In this document: one piece after another, positions 36,756-46,704 of the stretch
Numbering within the stretch: position 1 is the stretch's first letter
How the letters are laid out: every line of letters begins with the position of its first letter
Source of the DNA: a virus
Virus record (IMG/VR): IMGVR_UViG_3300032236_001727
Location: 19,144 to 83,143 of that record
Direction: 5' to 3' (one strand)
DNA length: 64,000 nt
The notes under the pieces: model-generated
What the model saw: the letters and a program-made list of their open reading frames with translations, nothing else
Database searches by the model: none
What the model was told of the DNA's origin: nothing
Program-made: the position numbers and the translations under genes

Positions 36756-37391
36756 TTAAAGGTTATGGCCGTTTTTTGAAATGGCGTGTAAAAATTCTTC
36801 TCGGATCATGTTGTTTGATTCCATAAACACACCACTAAATTTATTAGTAGTCATTGTACTTGTAGGATGTTTAATTCCTCTATTAGAACAACACATATGT
36901 TTAGAAGCAATACTAACTGCTACTGAATTACATTCTAGTTTTTCTGATAGGAATGTATGTATTTGTTGGGTTAATGATTCTTGCATTTGTGGGCGACGAG
37001 CAAACCAATCTACAACGCGGTTAAGTTTAGATAATCCTACTACTTTTTGTGAAGGGACATATGCTACTGATGCATATCCTGTAAATGGTAAATTATGATG
37101 GGCACAAAGTGATACTACAGGTATTCCTGTTTGTATAACAACCCCATCATAATTTTCTTCATTAGGAAATACAGTAATGCTAGGTCCCTCTGTTACAGAA
37201 CCTACAATAAGATCTTTTAACCAGGCTTTAGCTACACGTTTAGGAGTAGATATTGTTTGAGGATCGGCTTCATAATCAAAGCCTACTGCTTTCAAGAATT
37301 CACCATAATGTTCAGATGCTTTTTTAAGCATAAATTCAATTTCAAGAGGAGTACGAGGTTGATTTTCGTTTGCTTTTTTAAGTAATTCCAT
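36756..37391 (-). CDS. folE: GTP cyclohydrolase I
   Basis: TPKRVAK, SLCAHHNLPF, GLSKLNR, RPQMQE, HMC..RG. Confidence 0.96.
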   Translation of the reverse strand: MELLKKANENQPRTPLEIEFMLKKASEHYGEFLKAVGFDYEADPQTISTPKRVAKAWLKDLIVGSVTEGPSITVFPNEENYDGVVIQTGIPVVSLCAHHNLPFTGYASVAYVPSQKVVGLSKLNRVVDWFARRPQMQESLTQQIHTFLSEKLECNSVAVSIASKHMCCSNRGIKHPTSTMTTNKFSGVFMESNNMIREEFLHAISKNGHNL

Positions 37392-37412
37392 TTTTTATTA
37401 TTTATTGTTTAT

Positions 37413-37985
37413 TTATTTTTTTCTATCGTCATATTCTAATACACCTTTTGCTTTAGCATATTCAGATATTTCGTGTTTTCTTTTTAAATTAAAATTGTTC
37501 CATTCTTTAGTAGAAATACTTTCTGCTAAACATTCTGTATAGCAGTTTGGAGTTTCATAGATGGTTACTTTATGTATTTTTAAACCTGTCTTAGAATCTT
37601 TGTATAGAGTATTTGATAGTATTTCCATAGCTAAAAATATTTCTTTAGCAATGTTTTCTACTGATGGATTGCAATATTCATCTGCTCCATTTAGGCTCAT
37701 TAACCATAGTTTAGTTTTATATTCACAGGTAGTTTCTATTAGTTTAGAATCTTTAGGATTTAATATCATTCCATGATCTATTATATCATCTATCCATTGA
37801 CAGAACACACGTTTAATTTCTTTAAAATCAATAGCGTATCCTATTTCTTCCATACTTTCAAAAGAAAAGGTAAGTTCATATAAATAGGTATGACCATGAA
37901 TATTAAAACATTTCATAAATTCATTCATAACTCTATGACCGGAGTCAAAGTTACCTTTACGTGTTATATATTGGGTATTTTTCAT
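37413..37985 (-). CDS. queD: 6-carboxy-5,6,7,8-tetrahydropterin synthase
   Basis: FDSGHRV, C.NIHGHTY, DFKEIK, PSVENIA, YETP. Confidence 0.92.
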   Translation of the reverse strand: MKNTQYITRKGNFDSGHRVMNEFMKCFNIHGHTYLYELTFSFESMEEIGYAIDFKEIKRVFCQWIDDIIDHGMILNPKDSKLIETTCEYKTKLWLMSLNGADEYCNPSVENIAKEIFLAMEILSNTLYKDSKTGLKIHKVTIYETPNCYTECLAESISTKEWNNFNLKRKHEISEYAKAKGVLEYDDRKK

Positions 37986-37986
37986 A

Positions 37987-38232
37987 TTAATTGTTATAAA
38001 AGTTAATTACTTCTTGTTTATTCCTTACACCTGTAAAACGTTTTAATTCAGTACCACTATTTACAAGTACTACTGTTGGCACACTACGGATGTTATATTT
38101 TACAGTTAACACACTATTTTGATCAGTATCAATAAAATCTACAGGTATGTTTTGAGAAACCTGTTGCATAATTGGTTTGAAAGTTCTACATGGTGAGCAT
38201 GTATTAGAACTAAAGTAGAGGAGTTTTTTCAT
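37987..38232 (-). CDS. Thioredoxin
   Basis: CSPC, IRSVPT. Confidence 0.88.
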   Translation of the reverse strand: MKKLLYFSSNTCSPCRTFKPIMQQVSQNIPVDFIDTDQNSVLTVKYNIRSVPTVVLVNSGTELKRFTGVRNKQEVINFYNN

Positions 38233-38423
38233 ATTATAAAATCTTGTTCTTTAATTAATTCGTTTATTTTGCTTTTAAGATATTTTGTACCAGACATTCT
38301 TACAGGTTGATATTCAGACCAGTCAGAGGAAAAATAAAATTCACCATATCTAAATCCTGCAAATACTTGATTGTATGAATCTAGTACAACGTATAGTTGC
38401 TCTTTTTCTATTTTCTTTTTCAT
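38229..38423 (-). CDS. Hypothetical protein
   Basis: 64-aa ORF after a promoter motif. Confidence 0.6.
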   Translation of the reverse strand: MKKKIEKEQLYVVLDSYNQVFAGFRYGEFYFSSDWSEYQPVRMSGTKYLKSKINELIKEQDFII

Positions 38424-38429
38424 ATTGTA

Positions 38430-38459
38430 AATATAATAAGAATTTTTGAAAAAGACAAA
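38430..38459 (-). promoter_or_regulatory. Promoter motif variant TTTGT-N19-TATATT
   Basis: Same spacing as the other copies. Confidence 0.6.
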
Positions 38460-38460
38460 G

Positions 38461-38796
38461 TTATTGTTTTTCTTTAAAAATATCTTTTAAATCTACACCT
38501 ACTAACTCTGCAACTTTTTTTAGAAGTTCAATTTTTTCTTCTACTTCACATTCAGGTTGGTTATGTATTTCATCATATCTAATTGCTTTTTTAAGCAACT
38601 CTTTCATTTCAAGTACTTCTTTTTTAAGTTCTTGAAATTCTTCGTTTGATACACCTGTTGGCCATCTAAACGTATCTGGTTTTGATACAAATGGGTTATT
38701 ACCTGGAGGTATATTTGTAATTGTAGGTTGAATGTGAGGCTCTACCCATCTCCATTTTTCAGAATAATGATCGCCTACCATAGATACTACGCACAT
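38461..38796 (-). CDS. Conserved hypothetical phage protein (MCVVSMVGDHY)
   Basis: 111-aa ORF with a coiled-coil C-terminus. Confidence 0.7.
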   Translation of the reverse strand: MCVVSMVGDHYSEKWRWVEPHIQPTITNIPPGNNPFVSKPDTFRWPTGVSNEEFQELKKEVLEMKELLKKAIRYDEIHNQPECEVEEKIELLKKVAELVGVDLKDIFKEKQ

Positions 38797-38834
38797 ATTA
38801 TTTATTTAATTGTTATTTAATTGTTGTATATATA

Positions 38835-39716
38835 CTAAACATTGAGAGTCTTGTCGTAAGCACTAATATGAAGGCGTGACAAACCAATAAACTTATATTT
38901 TTTAGCCATTTCAAATACAAATTGAGTACGTTCATGAAAGTCGGCTTGTGAATCTAATCCAGGCATGCAAACTACATTCTTCAAAGGGATATTAAAAGGT
39001 TCAATAAAATCTGTAAATACTTCTTTTACATCTTCTTCAGTTGAAATTACAAACTTGAATTGATAATTTTTATGTTCCATTATACGTTTAATAGCTTCCG
39101 GAACAATTCTTTTATTATCTGCTTGTCCTGAATTTTTTAGTTTAGGTGAGCAATTAATTTGGTCTAGTATAAAAAACAATTCATCATTAATATAGATAGT
39201 ACCATTAGTTTCTATTTCGTCATATGTCGGTGTTTTGACAAATTGCTTTCCAGACTGTATATCATAATAACTTTTAATATATTCTAAAGCTTCATTATTG
39301 TCATTTAGTTTATATAAGTAGTCATGAAATTTTGTAATTGCTTCTTGATGTTTAAGCATTGTAGGCTCACCACCAGTCCAAATGATATGTATTAAGCCAC
39401 TGTTAATGTCTTCGTAAATACCTTGAGATTTCCACTCGTCAATTAAATATTGAAAAGTTTTTTCTTCACCTCTCCAAGCCCATTGTGATGTACTATCACA
39501 AGTCCAAGTAGCTTTACCTTCAAGTTCTAAATCACCTTTGAATATTTCACCATCTGCTAATTCTTTATTCTTTTTAAGTTGTCCTAAAAATTTAGCAGAC
39601 ATTCCACATTGAAGATTACATAATGCCAATCTAACAAAATAGGAAGGAACACCTGTAGATTTACCTTCACCTTGTACTGAATAAAAGTCACTTGATATTA
39701 ATAATTTATTTTCCAT
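38835..39716 (-). CDS. queE: 7-carboxy-7-deazaguanine synthase (radical SAM) with a long insertion in the Cys motif
   Basis: FYSVQGEG..TG, FVRLALCNLQC ... WTCDS, TGGEP, IETNGT, SPKL, RLH. Confidence 0.92.
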   Translation of the reverse strand: MENKLLISSDFYSVQGEGKSTGVPSYFVRLALCNLQCGMSAKFLGQLKKNKELADGEIFKGDLELEGKATWTCDSTSQWAWRGEEKTFQYLIDEWKSQGIYEDINSGLIHIIWTGGEPTMLKHQEAITKFHDYLYKLNDNNEALEYIKSYYDIQSGKQFVKTPTYDEIETNGTIYINDELFFILDQINCSPKLKNSGQADNKRIVPEAIKRIMEHKNYQFKFVISTEEDVKEVFTDFIEPFNIPLKNVVCMPGLDSQADFHERTQFVFEMAKKYKFIGLSRLHISAYDKTLNV

Positions 39717-39921
39717 TTTTCTTAGTTTTTTTAGGCTTAGGTTCAGCTATTGTTGTTTCTGTAACTACTGCTGTTTCTATAACTTGTTTTTTGTTAAAGT
39801 CTCTAATGTTTGTTTTCCATTCGTTTTTTGGACAGTATTTCCATCCTTTTACAGAAACAAATGCTTCAGCTTCTGTTTCATTTACTCTTTTGTACTCCAA
39901 CCCTTTTTTGATAGTCTTCAT
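39706..39921 (-). CDS. Small basic hypothetical protein
   Basis: 71-aa ORF (GWKYCPK.EWK). Confidence 0.65.
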   Translation of the reverse strand: MKTIKKGLEYKRVNETEAEAFVSVKGWKYCPKNEWKTNIRDFNKKQVIETAVVTETTIAEPKPKKTKKNGK

Positions 39922-39944
39922 TGTATTTTATTTTTGTTTTGTTT

Positions 39945-40430
39945 TTAAATTTTATTTATTTCAGAAGCAACATACAAAGCATTTGCATATGGGACTCCTA
40001 TTCTTTCAATTACTTTTTGTGCAGTAATAGCATCTATATCAAACATTTCCCTATGATCATTTATTCTGTTTTGATTTAGGTATTTATGAACTTCTTGTTC
40101 TAAATATCTTGAACCATAACATCTAAATTTATATACAGGTATCCAGGGTGTAGGAACACCAGTTGCTGCATTTATTTGTTTAGCTCTTTCTTCTACAGTA
40201 CTTGTTGTCATTCCTATTTTAACCATACCAGGCATTGATTGATTTACTAAAACATATACCCATTCTGGTTTACGGATAGCTCCTGAAGGATCTACAATAG
40301 GTTCATGTAAATATATTATTTCTTCCCATCCGTTTTCTTGTGGAATTCTAGTATAGTATTCCGCGTTATGGGATGAACCATCTGTTGCTTGTATGTACAT
40401 CCATGCTTCTTTAGGTTCAATATATTTCAT
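39945..40430 (-). CDS. T5orf172 / GIY-YIG-like domain protein
   Basis: WVYVL.N.SMPGMVKIGMT, TGVPTP, EQEVH, REMF. Confidence 0.85.
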   Translation of the reverse strand: MKYIEPKEAWMYIQATDGSSHNAEYYTRIPQENGWEEIIYLHEPIVDPSGAIRKPEWVYVLVNQSMPGMVKIGMTTSTVEERAKQINAATGVPTPWIPVYKFRCYGSRYLEQEVHKYLNQNRINDHREMFDIDAITAQKVIERIGVPYANALYVASEINKI

Positions 40431-40431
40431 T

Positions 40432-41280
40432 TTAAGAATGTACTTTATGTTCTGATAGTACTTCGCTTACATGCTTTACAACATCATTCCAAGAAACAAC
40501 ACCTGTTTCATCTTCATAAGTTATTGGGTCAGGAAGTCCTAGTTTAATAAATGCTTCTATTCTTTCTACTGAAGATGCTGATTTGTAATCACTATTTCCT
40601 GAAGGATATGGTTTATATGATGTACTAGTAAGTTTATATACATCATTAAATTCAAGATTCATTTGTTCACAATATTGTAGACCATGTTGAAGAATTTCAT
40701 ATTTGCCTATTTCTAAAAATGGTGTATAATATGTTACTTTTTCACTTCCCCAATTTCCTAATTTAAAAGCTTCATAATCAGCATCACGAAACTCTTGTCT
40801 ACAATCAGGATAAATTTGGTGATCACCAGCGTGGATTCCTAATGCTACAACACAATTTGTGTTATTTTTTTCAGCTATAGATAAAGCAACGGCTTGAATT
40901 ATACTACTGAATATCTTATTGCGATTAGGTACAACAGTCTCACGCATATTTTCAGCTTCATAATGTCCTTCAGGTACATCATTTCCTCCACTAACTAAAG
41001 ATGAATTTAATAAGCTTGATAGTCCATCTAATTTAATTATTTGATGTTTAATATAGAATGGATAATCAAATGTTTTACTTGATTCATCTACTTCAATATA
41101 ACCATTTAAATGTTTAACTAATTCTGTTGCTCTTTCTAGTTCTACTTTATGTTTTTGTCCATAATCAAATGAGAGGCATGTTACATCATATCCTGAAGCT
41201 AAGAGATGAAGTAAAAGAGTACTTGAGTCCATTCCTCCACTCAACGATAGTACTGCAAACTTTCTGTCTGTGTTTTCCAT
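40432..41280 (-). CDS. queC: 7-cyano-7-deazaguanine synthase
   Basis: SLSGGMDS, FDYGQKH, VPNRN, YPDCR; C-terminal Zn cysteines replaced (TSYKP..SASSVER). Confidence 0.95.
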   Translation of the reverse strand: MENTDRKFAVLSLSGGMDSSTLLLHLLASGYDVTCLSFDYGQKHKVELERATELVKHLNGYIEVDESSKTFDYPFYIKHQIIKLDGLSSLLNSSLVSGGNDVPEGHYEAENMRETVVPNRNKIFSSIIQAVALSIAEKNNTNCVVALGIHAGDHQIYPDCRQEFRDADYEAFKLGNWGSEKVTYYTPFLEIGKYEILQHGLQYCEQMNLEFNDVYKLTSTSYKPYPSGNSDYKSASSVERIEAFIKLGLPDPITYEDETGVVSWNDVVKHVSEVLSEHKVHS

Positions 41281-41290
41281 TTTTTATTGT

Positions 41291-41512
41291 TTATTGGTTA
41301 ATATATTTTTCTAAATTAAAAAAAGATTCAATTACTTGTTTTGGATATGTAAAAATTCTACCACCATTATATGCTGAATGGGGGACTATTTTTTCACTAA
41401 TAGGAGCATTGATAGATCTAGCAAAATTATACAATCTTTTTCCAGTTCCATCAGTATCCTTTTTGTTGTTTCTGTACTCATACAGAGACATAAATTCTGT
41501 TTTATTTTCCAT
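41291..41512 (-). CDS. Hypothetical protein
   Basis: 73-aa ORF. Confidence 0.65.
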   Translation of the reverse strand: MENKTEFMSLYEYRNNKKDTDGTGKRLYNFARSINAPISEKIVPHSAYNGGRIFTYPKQVIESFFNLEKYINQ

Positions 41513-41514
41513 TT

Positions 41515-42309
41515 TTAGTATTTTACAATGTTTCTAAATGCTTTTATATTATAATTTAATATACCCATATTTACTTTTTCTATAGGCATATCAAAGCAAT
41601 TATTCATATTTAATTTAGGTTTTGAATGTATTCCTAAATGATTATAATGAATTCCTTCTAGAGCAGTCATTACTGGATTAGAAGTGTCTATGGAGTGTAT
41701 ACATTCTATGTCTTTATAAAGAGAAAATTCAAAAGGACATGATGTGCCAAGCAAATGTATTCTGTGATATTTATTTATAACATTTTTATCATATAACCAA
41801 GATATAACTTGTACTCGTCCTAAAGCTTTTCTAATATCTTTATCAGGATGGAAATTAAGAGTATCATAATATGGAAGGCCATATGTAAAAGCTAAACGTT
41901 TGTATCCTAAATCTAGATATGTTTGAACACAAGTTACAGTTTCTGTCAAATTATTGGCTTGTACTATAGCTATTTTGTCTACACCTTCAGGAAATTCTAT
42001 TTGAGCCCATTCTCTAGCATTTACTATAGAGTCAGTACATTTACTCCAAACATCAGGAATAAAAAATGCGTTTGGTTTCAATTCATTTATCCAAAATAAC
42101 AAACGATCTTTATCATATGCATGACCTAATTCATGAAGAGAATTATCCATCAATATGTATCTTTCCTTTTCTTTTGATTCATAGAAGAATTTTTTATATC
42201 CTTCATTTGAATCTAATAGGTGAGGAAGGCAATAATCTCCATCTGTTTCTTCTCTTACATGATTCATGAGACATAATGGGGCTTCATGAAATACTTTTAT
42301 TTTTTTCAT
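41515..42309 (-). CDS. Putative DpdA/TGT-like guanine transglycosylase
   Basis: LMDNSLHELG, PDV, IHLLG, SIDTS echo TGT-barrel motifs; first gene of the queC operon. Confidence 0.6.
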   Translation of the reverse strand: MKKIKVFHEAPLCLMNHVREETDGDYCLPHLLDSNEGYKKFFYESKEKERYILMDNSLHELGHAYDKDRLLFWINELKPNAFFIPDVWSKCTDSIVNAREWAQIEFPEGVDKIAIVQANNLTETVTCVQTYLDLGYKRLAFTYGLPYYDTLNFHPDKDIRKALGRVQVISWLYDKNVINKYHRIHLLGTSCPFEFSLYKDIECIHSIDTSNPVMTALEGIHYNHLGIHSKPKLNMNNCFDMPIEKVNMGILNYNIKAFRNIVKY

Positions 42310-42323
42310 TAACTTTTATTTTT

Positions 42324-42353
42324 AATATACTAAAACTTTTTTAAGATTCCAAA
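42324..42353 (-). promoter_or_regulatory. Promoter motif TTTGG-N19-TATATT upstream of the deazaguanine operon
   Basis: Exact spacing match. Confidence 0.7.
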
Positions 42354-42360
42354 CTATTTT

Positions 42361-43284
42361 TTAGAAAAGTGTATTAAAATTATCATTTTTTCTTATAAGT
42401 CTTGAATCTTCTATTTCTTTTATTACTTCAGGGTCTTCTCTTATTTGTTGAACTATTTGTTCTACATCTTCCTTAGGTTGGGTGTTTGTTTTTTTATTTT
42501 GAGCAAATATAAAATTAGCAGCTATAACCAAAGATATAGCTAAAGGATCAAATACTAATATTATAGTAAGAATTAATATATTAACTATTTCATCCATTGG
42601 AATTTTAGTTAATTTTTCAAGATATTTTAGAGAGCCTAGTTCATTGGTTGTTATAGATTTTGATTTAGTATCAAATACTTGATTTTGGAGATCAAGAATT
42701 TTAGAGTCAATACTATCTAGTCTATTGTTAATATTTTCTTGTCTTGTCAATGAATTATTTAGTTGTTTTTCAAGAGATTTTCTATCAGATTCGGATGAAG
42801 TTACTACTAAATGTCCTTTTGTATCAGTATATGAAAGTTTATTATTTGCTAGTCCTGAACGTAATTCTGATGTACTTTTGCTTATGTTATTTTTTTCAAC
42901 AATATATTCATTTTTTTGTTCATTTAATGAATTTATTTTTGTTTGTATCAATTCTATTTTTAAATCAGTATTACTTAATTTATTTGATGTTTCTTGGTAA
43001 GCTGATGATAAAAATCCATACACACCTATAGAAGTAATTACCATTAATATAATACATGCTATAGTTAGATATGTTTTTAATATCTTATTAATAGAATCCC
43101 AATATTGGTATAATAATGAAGCTATAATTAATTTAGATATTTCAAGTGAAGTAGCCAATATTATTATCCCCACACCAGCTCCAGCAAATAATTTACTAAG
43201 ACCACTTACAGAATAGTATGCTGCAGATCCTGATAATGATAAAGCAGATAATGCTACTATATAAGGAAGTATTTTTTTACTCAT
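42361..43284 (-). CDS. Membrane protein with TM segments flanking a coiled coil
   Basis: SAAYYSVSGL, LEISK, TSIGVYGFLS, VFDPLAI. Confidence 0.75.
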   Translation of the reverse strand: MSKKILPYIVALSALSLSGSAAYYSVSGLSKLFAGAGVGIIILATSLEISKLIIASLLYQYWDSINKILKTYLTIACIILMVITSIGVYGFLSSAYQETSNKLSNTDLKIELIQTKINSLNEQKNEYIVEKNNISKSTSELRSGLANNKLSYTDTKGHLVVTSSESDRKSLEKQLNNSLTRQENINNRLDSIDSKILDLQNQVFDTKSKSITTNELGSLKYLEKLTKIPMDEIVNILILTIILVFDPLAISLVIAANFIFAQNKKTNTQPKEDVEQIVQQIREDPEVIKEIEDSRLIRKNDNFNTLF

Positions 43285-43285
43285 T

Positions 43286-43972
43286 TTATATATTTATGTC
43301 TTCAATTTTTGTTATAGCTGATGGGGGGATATTATTCATCGTGTAATATCCTTGTTTATAATTTGGGTCTTGATATAGTCTAATATAAGGTGTATAACTA
43401 GTATCAATTTTTAATAAGACCCAATCTCCATTTTTAGTATTAGCTTTAAATTTAGGAACTAAAAATCTAGCATCTTTTTCAGTTTTAGCTAAATATACTC
43501 TGTCAGGATGATAAGATAGTTTAGATCTTGATTTTGGAGTTAATCCTATTTTTTCTATTTTTGCCCAATTTTTTTCAGGAGCAACATGATAAAGAAATTC
43601 AGGTATTTTTTCTATGTAAATATCATATTTAGCTTCAAAATTAATAACAAGAGATTCATCAAACATAATTTTACTTTCACTCCATTTACCTTTATATTCA
43701 GGTGTATACATATAGGCCGGGAACCATCCTAAGTTATTTATAGCTTTTAATAGATCATCAACTTCTTTTTTGTTAGCTTTTTCAATGTTTATATTAAATG
43801 TATTAGCATCTTTATCAATTGTAAATATAAATTTAAATTGTTTTTTTAATAAATGAATTGTTTGATTTATGTCTGTAGTTTTTATTAGACCCTCTTCAAT
43901 ATTGAGTTTCATTTCATCTCCATAATGTTTAAATAATATATCTATTAATTTTAAATCTCTGCTATTTATCAT
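43286..43972 (-). CDS. ADP-ribosyltransferase / Tpt1(KptA)-like NAD-binding domain protein
   Basis: LYHVAP....KI...GLTPKS......PDRVYLA, LLKIDT, NIPPSAI. Confidence 0.6.
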   Translation of the reverse strand: MINSRDLKLIDILFKHYGDEMKLNIEEGLIKTTDINQTIHLLKKQFKFIFTIDKDANTFNINIEKANKKEVDDLLKAINNLGWFPAYMYTPEYKGKWSESKIMFDESLVINFEAKYDIYIEKIPEFLYHVAPEKNWAKIEKIGLTPKSRSKLSYHPDRVYLAKTEKDARFLVPKFKANTKNGDWVLLKIDTSYTPYIRLYQDPNYKQGYYTMNNIPPSAITKIEDINI

Positions 43973-43990
43973 GTTTTATATTTTAATAAG

Positions 43991-45715
43991 TTAAGCTTCG
44001 CAACTAACACATTCACTAAGACGTTGTAAATTATCTCCTCTTAATACACTTTCTGTACGAAGATAATATAATGTTTTTATTCCTGATTTCCATGCTTCTT
44101 TATGCACATTGCTTATAAATTTAGGAGAATCATTAGGATCAAAACATAAATTTAAAGATATAGCTTGATCTACATATTTTTGTCTAATGGCGTTTTGTCT
44201 AACAATTTCCATTTGGTTTATTTCTTTAAATGTAAGAAACACTTCTTTTTCTTCAGCGCTTAATATATAATCAGGTAAACCCATTACTGATCCTTTATCT
44301 CTAAGTATTTGATCCCATACACTATCGATATTATATCCTTTTTTCTGTAATATATCTTCTAGCATTTTGTTCTTTTTAATAAAAACACCTTTAGCTGTTT
44401 TTAAATTATAAACATTTGCAGGTAATGCCTCTATTGAAGGTGAAACTCCGCCTGAAATGTGAGCATTAGATACTGTTGGAGCAATAGCCATATGGTGTGT
44501 GTGTCTTAGTCCTGTGTTTTTGCACCATTCTGGTTCACCATATAGTTCGGCTTGATCTTTAGAAGCTTTTAATGCTTCAGTTTGTATAAATTCAGATATT
44601 ATTCGTGTTAATGAATTAGCTTGAATACCTACAAAAGATAAGCCTTTAGACTGTAATAGAGTATGCCATCCTAAAACACCTATTCCTATTGCTCTACCTT
44701 TTATAGCAGAACGAACAGTGTTTTCCATAAATTTCATATTCTTAGCTCTATCTATAAATTCTTGCAATACACCCTCTAAAAACCAACAAGTTAATTCAGG
44801 TAGAGACATATCATTTTCAAACTTATAATCTTTCCATTCATCCCATCTAGCTAAATTCAATGATGATAAACAACAAATAAATGAATGCAGATCATCAGAA
44901 TAAAGTGTTATTTCTGAGCATATATTTGTAAATTCTACATTTAGATTATTATTTTTATATGCTTGTGGGTTATTATTATTTACATTATCTTCATACATTA
45001 TGTAAGGCTCTCCAGTTTCTAGACGAGTCTTTAATATTTCACCCCATAATTTTGAAGCTTTAGCGTCTTTTTTCTCTAATTTATGCATAAAAGTGTCATC
45101 TATAACAACACATTGATGAAGATTCAAACATTGGCGGTTTATATCACCTTTAGGTCTACGAATACCTAAAAATTCTTCAATATCTGGGTGGTTGATGCTA
45201 AGATTAACAGATGCTGCTCCTCTACGGACAGAACCCTGATTAGTGGCTAATACTGTTGAATCATATATTTTACACCATGGAACTACACCTTCAGATACTC
45301 CATTATCTTTAATAGGTTTACCTCTACCTCTAATACGTGAAGTTCCAATTCCAACTCCACCACCTTGGGATGATAAACGCATAAGTTCTGAGTTAGCGTT
45401 TGCTATTCCTTCTATAGAATCTCCAACATTTATACCAAAACAAGAGATAGGCATCCCTCTTTCAGTTCCTAAATTAGATAATACTGGAGATGCTAAGCAT
45501 AGCCAGTTTTTTGTTAAGGCTTCATAAAAGTATGGTTGTAAGTCTTTACGTTTTAGTCTTCGTGCAGCAGCTTTACTAACACGTTTAAAAGCATCAAAAA
45601 CATTTTCGTCTGGTAATAAATAACCTTTTGAGATCATGTTTATTCCTATTTCGTCCATCCAGGTAGGGTAGTCCTTGCCTTTCACCCATTTACTTGTGTC
45701 AATTTCTGCACTCAT
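43991..45715 (-). CDS. nrdA: Ribonucleotide reductase class I alpha subunit (no ATP cone)
   Basis: SCF, GGGVG, TNICSEI, CCLSSLN, IAPT, KTLYY, C-terminal CVSC. Confidence 0.95.
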   Translation of the reverse strand: MSAEIDTSKWVKGKDYPTWMDEIGINMISKGYLLPDENVFDAFKRVSKAAARRLKRKDLQPYFYEALTKNWLCLASPVLSNLGTERGMPISCFGINVGDSIEGIANANSELMRLSSQGGGVGIGTSRIRGRGKPIKDNGVSEGVVPWCKIYDSTVLATNQGSVRRGAASVNLSINHPDIEEFLGIRRPKGDINRQCLNLHQCVVIDDTFMHKLEKKDAKASKLWGEILKTRLETGEPYIMYEDNVNNNNPQAYKNNNLNVEFTNICSEITLYSDDLHSFICCLSSLNLARWDEWKDYKFENDMSLPELTCWFLEGVLQEFIDRAKNMKFMENTVRSAIKGRAIGIGVLGWHTLLQSKGLSFVGIQANSLTRIISEFIQTEALKASKDQAELYGEPEWCKNTGLRHTHHMAIAPTVSNAHISGGVSPSIEALPANVYNLKTAKGVFIKKNKMLEDILQKKGYNIDSVWDQILRDKGSVMGLPDYILSAEEKEVFLTFKEINQMEIVRQNAIRQKYVDQAISLNLCFDPNDSPKFISNVHKEAWKSGIKTLYYLRTESVLRGDNLQRLSECVSCEA

Positions 45716-45746
45716 TTATATTTTGTTTGTTTGTATTAATAAATAT

Positions 45747-46700
45747 TTATAGATCAGACCAATCTGCAATAGATTTAGAATAAGATGTAACTCTTCCTGC
45801 AAAAAAGTCTTGCTGTTCTACACCACTAGTTAAATGTCCGAACCAATCCATTTGTTTTAGTAGATTAGGATCAACATCATTATATATAGCATTATATCCT
45901 AATTCAATCATTTTTTCATTTGCTCTAGCTTTGATGAAGTTTTTAAGTTGTTCTTTAGTTAGATTTTCAAGATTACCCATCTCAAATACTTTATCAATAA
46001 AATCATATTCCAACTTAACAGATAGTTCACAAGCTTCAATTATTTTGTCTCTTAGTTGGGGAGTATTAAGACTAGGTTGCTCTTCTAATAGAGTTCTAAA
46101 CAACCAACATCCGGCTTTTGAATGAAGACTTTCATCTCTTACAGACCATGCTACTATTTGTCCCGTGCCTTTCATTAGATTTCTCAATTGAAAACTCATA
46201 AGCACGGCAAATGATGAGAACAAATTAACTCCCTCAGTAAACGCGGAAAATATCGCTAAAGATTGTGCTTTTTCTTCAATGTTATCATATTTTACTTCAA
46301 GTAAACGTTCTATTTTACTTTTTGAAGCTTCATCTTCCATAAAAGCTTTAAAATCCTCTAGTCCTAATTCTTCATTCAAACGAGCATATGCATGAGCATG
46401 AATAGATTCAAATGAACCAAAGGTTGAAGTCATAGCTACTATTTCAGGTTTAGGAAACCACTGTGAAACTTTAGATGACCAATAATCATTTACATGAACT
46501 TCAGTTTGGGCAAAAGCTTTTAATATGTTTCCTATCAGATTTTTTTCTGAGTCGCTTAGTTTGAGTTTCCAATCATTTAGATCAGATGCAAGAGGTACTT
46601 CGCTAGGTAACCAATGTACCTGTTGTTGTTTTTCATAGAAATCAAAAGCTTGTTGATATTCAAATGGTTTGTAGTAGTGGCGTGGTGTTGTTATTGACAT
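45747..46700 (-). CDS. nrdB: Ribonucleotide reductase class I beta subunit
   Basis: ESIHAHAY, EGVNLFSSF, RDESLH, DFFAGRVTSY. Confidence 0.95.
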   Translation of the reverse strand: MSITTPRHYYKPFEYQQAFDFYEKQQQVHWLPSEVPLASDLNDWKLKLSDSEKNLIGNILKAFAQTEVHVNDYWSSKVSQWFPKPEIVAMTSTFGSFESIHAHAYARLNEELGLEDFKAFMEDEASKSKIERLLEVKYDNIEEKAQSLAIFSAFTEGVNLFSSFAVLMSFQLRNLMKGTGQIVAWSVRDESLHSKAGCWLFRTLLEEQPSLNTPQLRDKIIEACELSVKLEYDFIDKVFEMGNLENLTKEQLKNFIKARANEKMIELGYNAIYNDVDPNLLKQMDWFGHLTSGVEQQDFFAGRVTSYSKSIADWSDL

Positions 46701-46704
46701 TTTA

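Noticed and set aside
36756-41280. Host-type queuosine tRNA pathway or bacterial chromosome origin
   Set aside because: No queF or queA, and the genes are embedded among phage replication and tail genes
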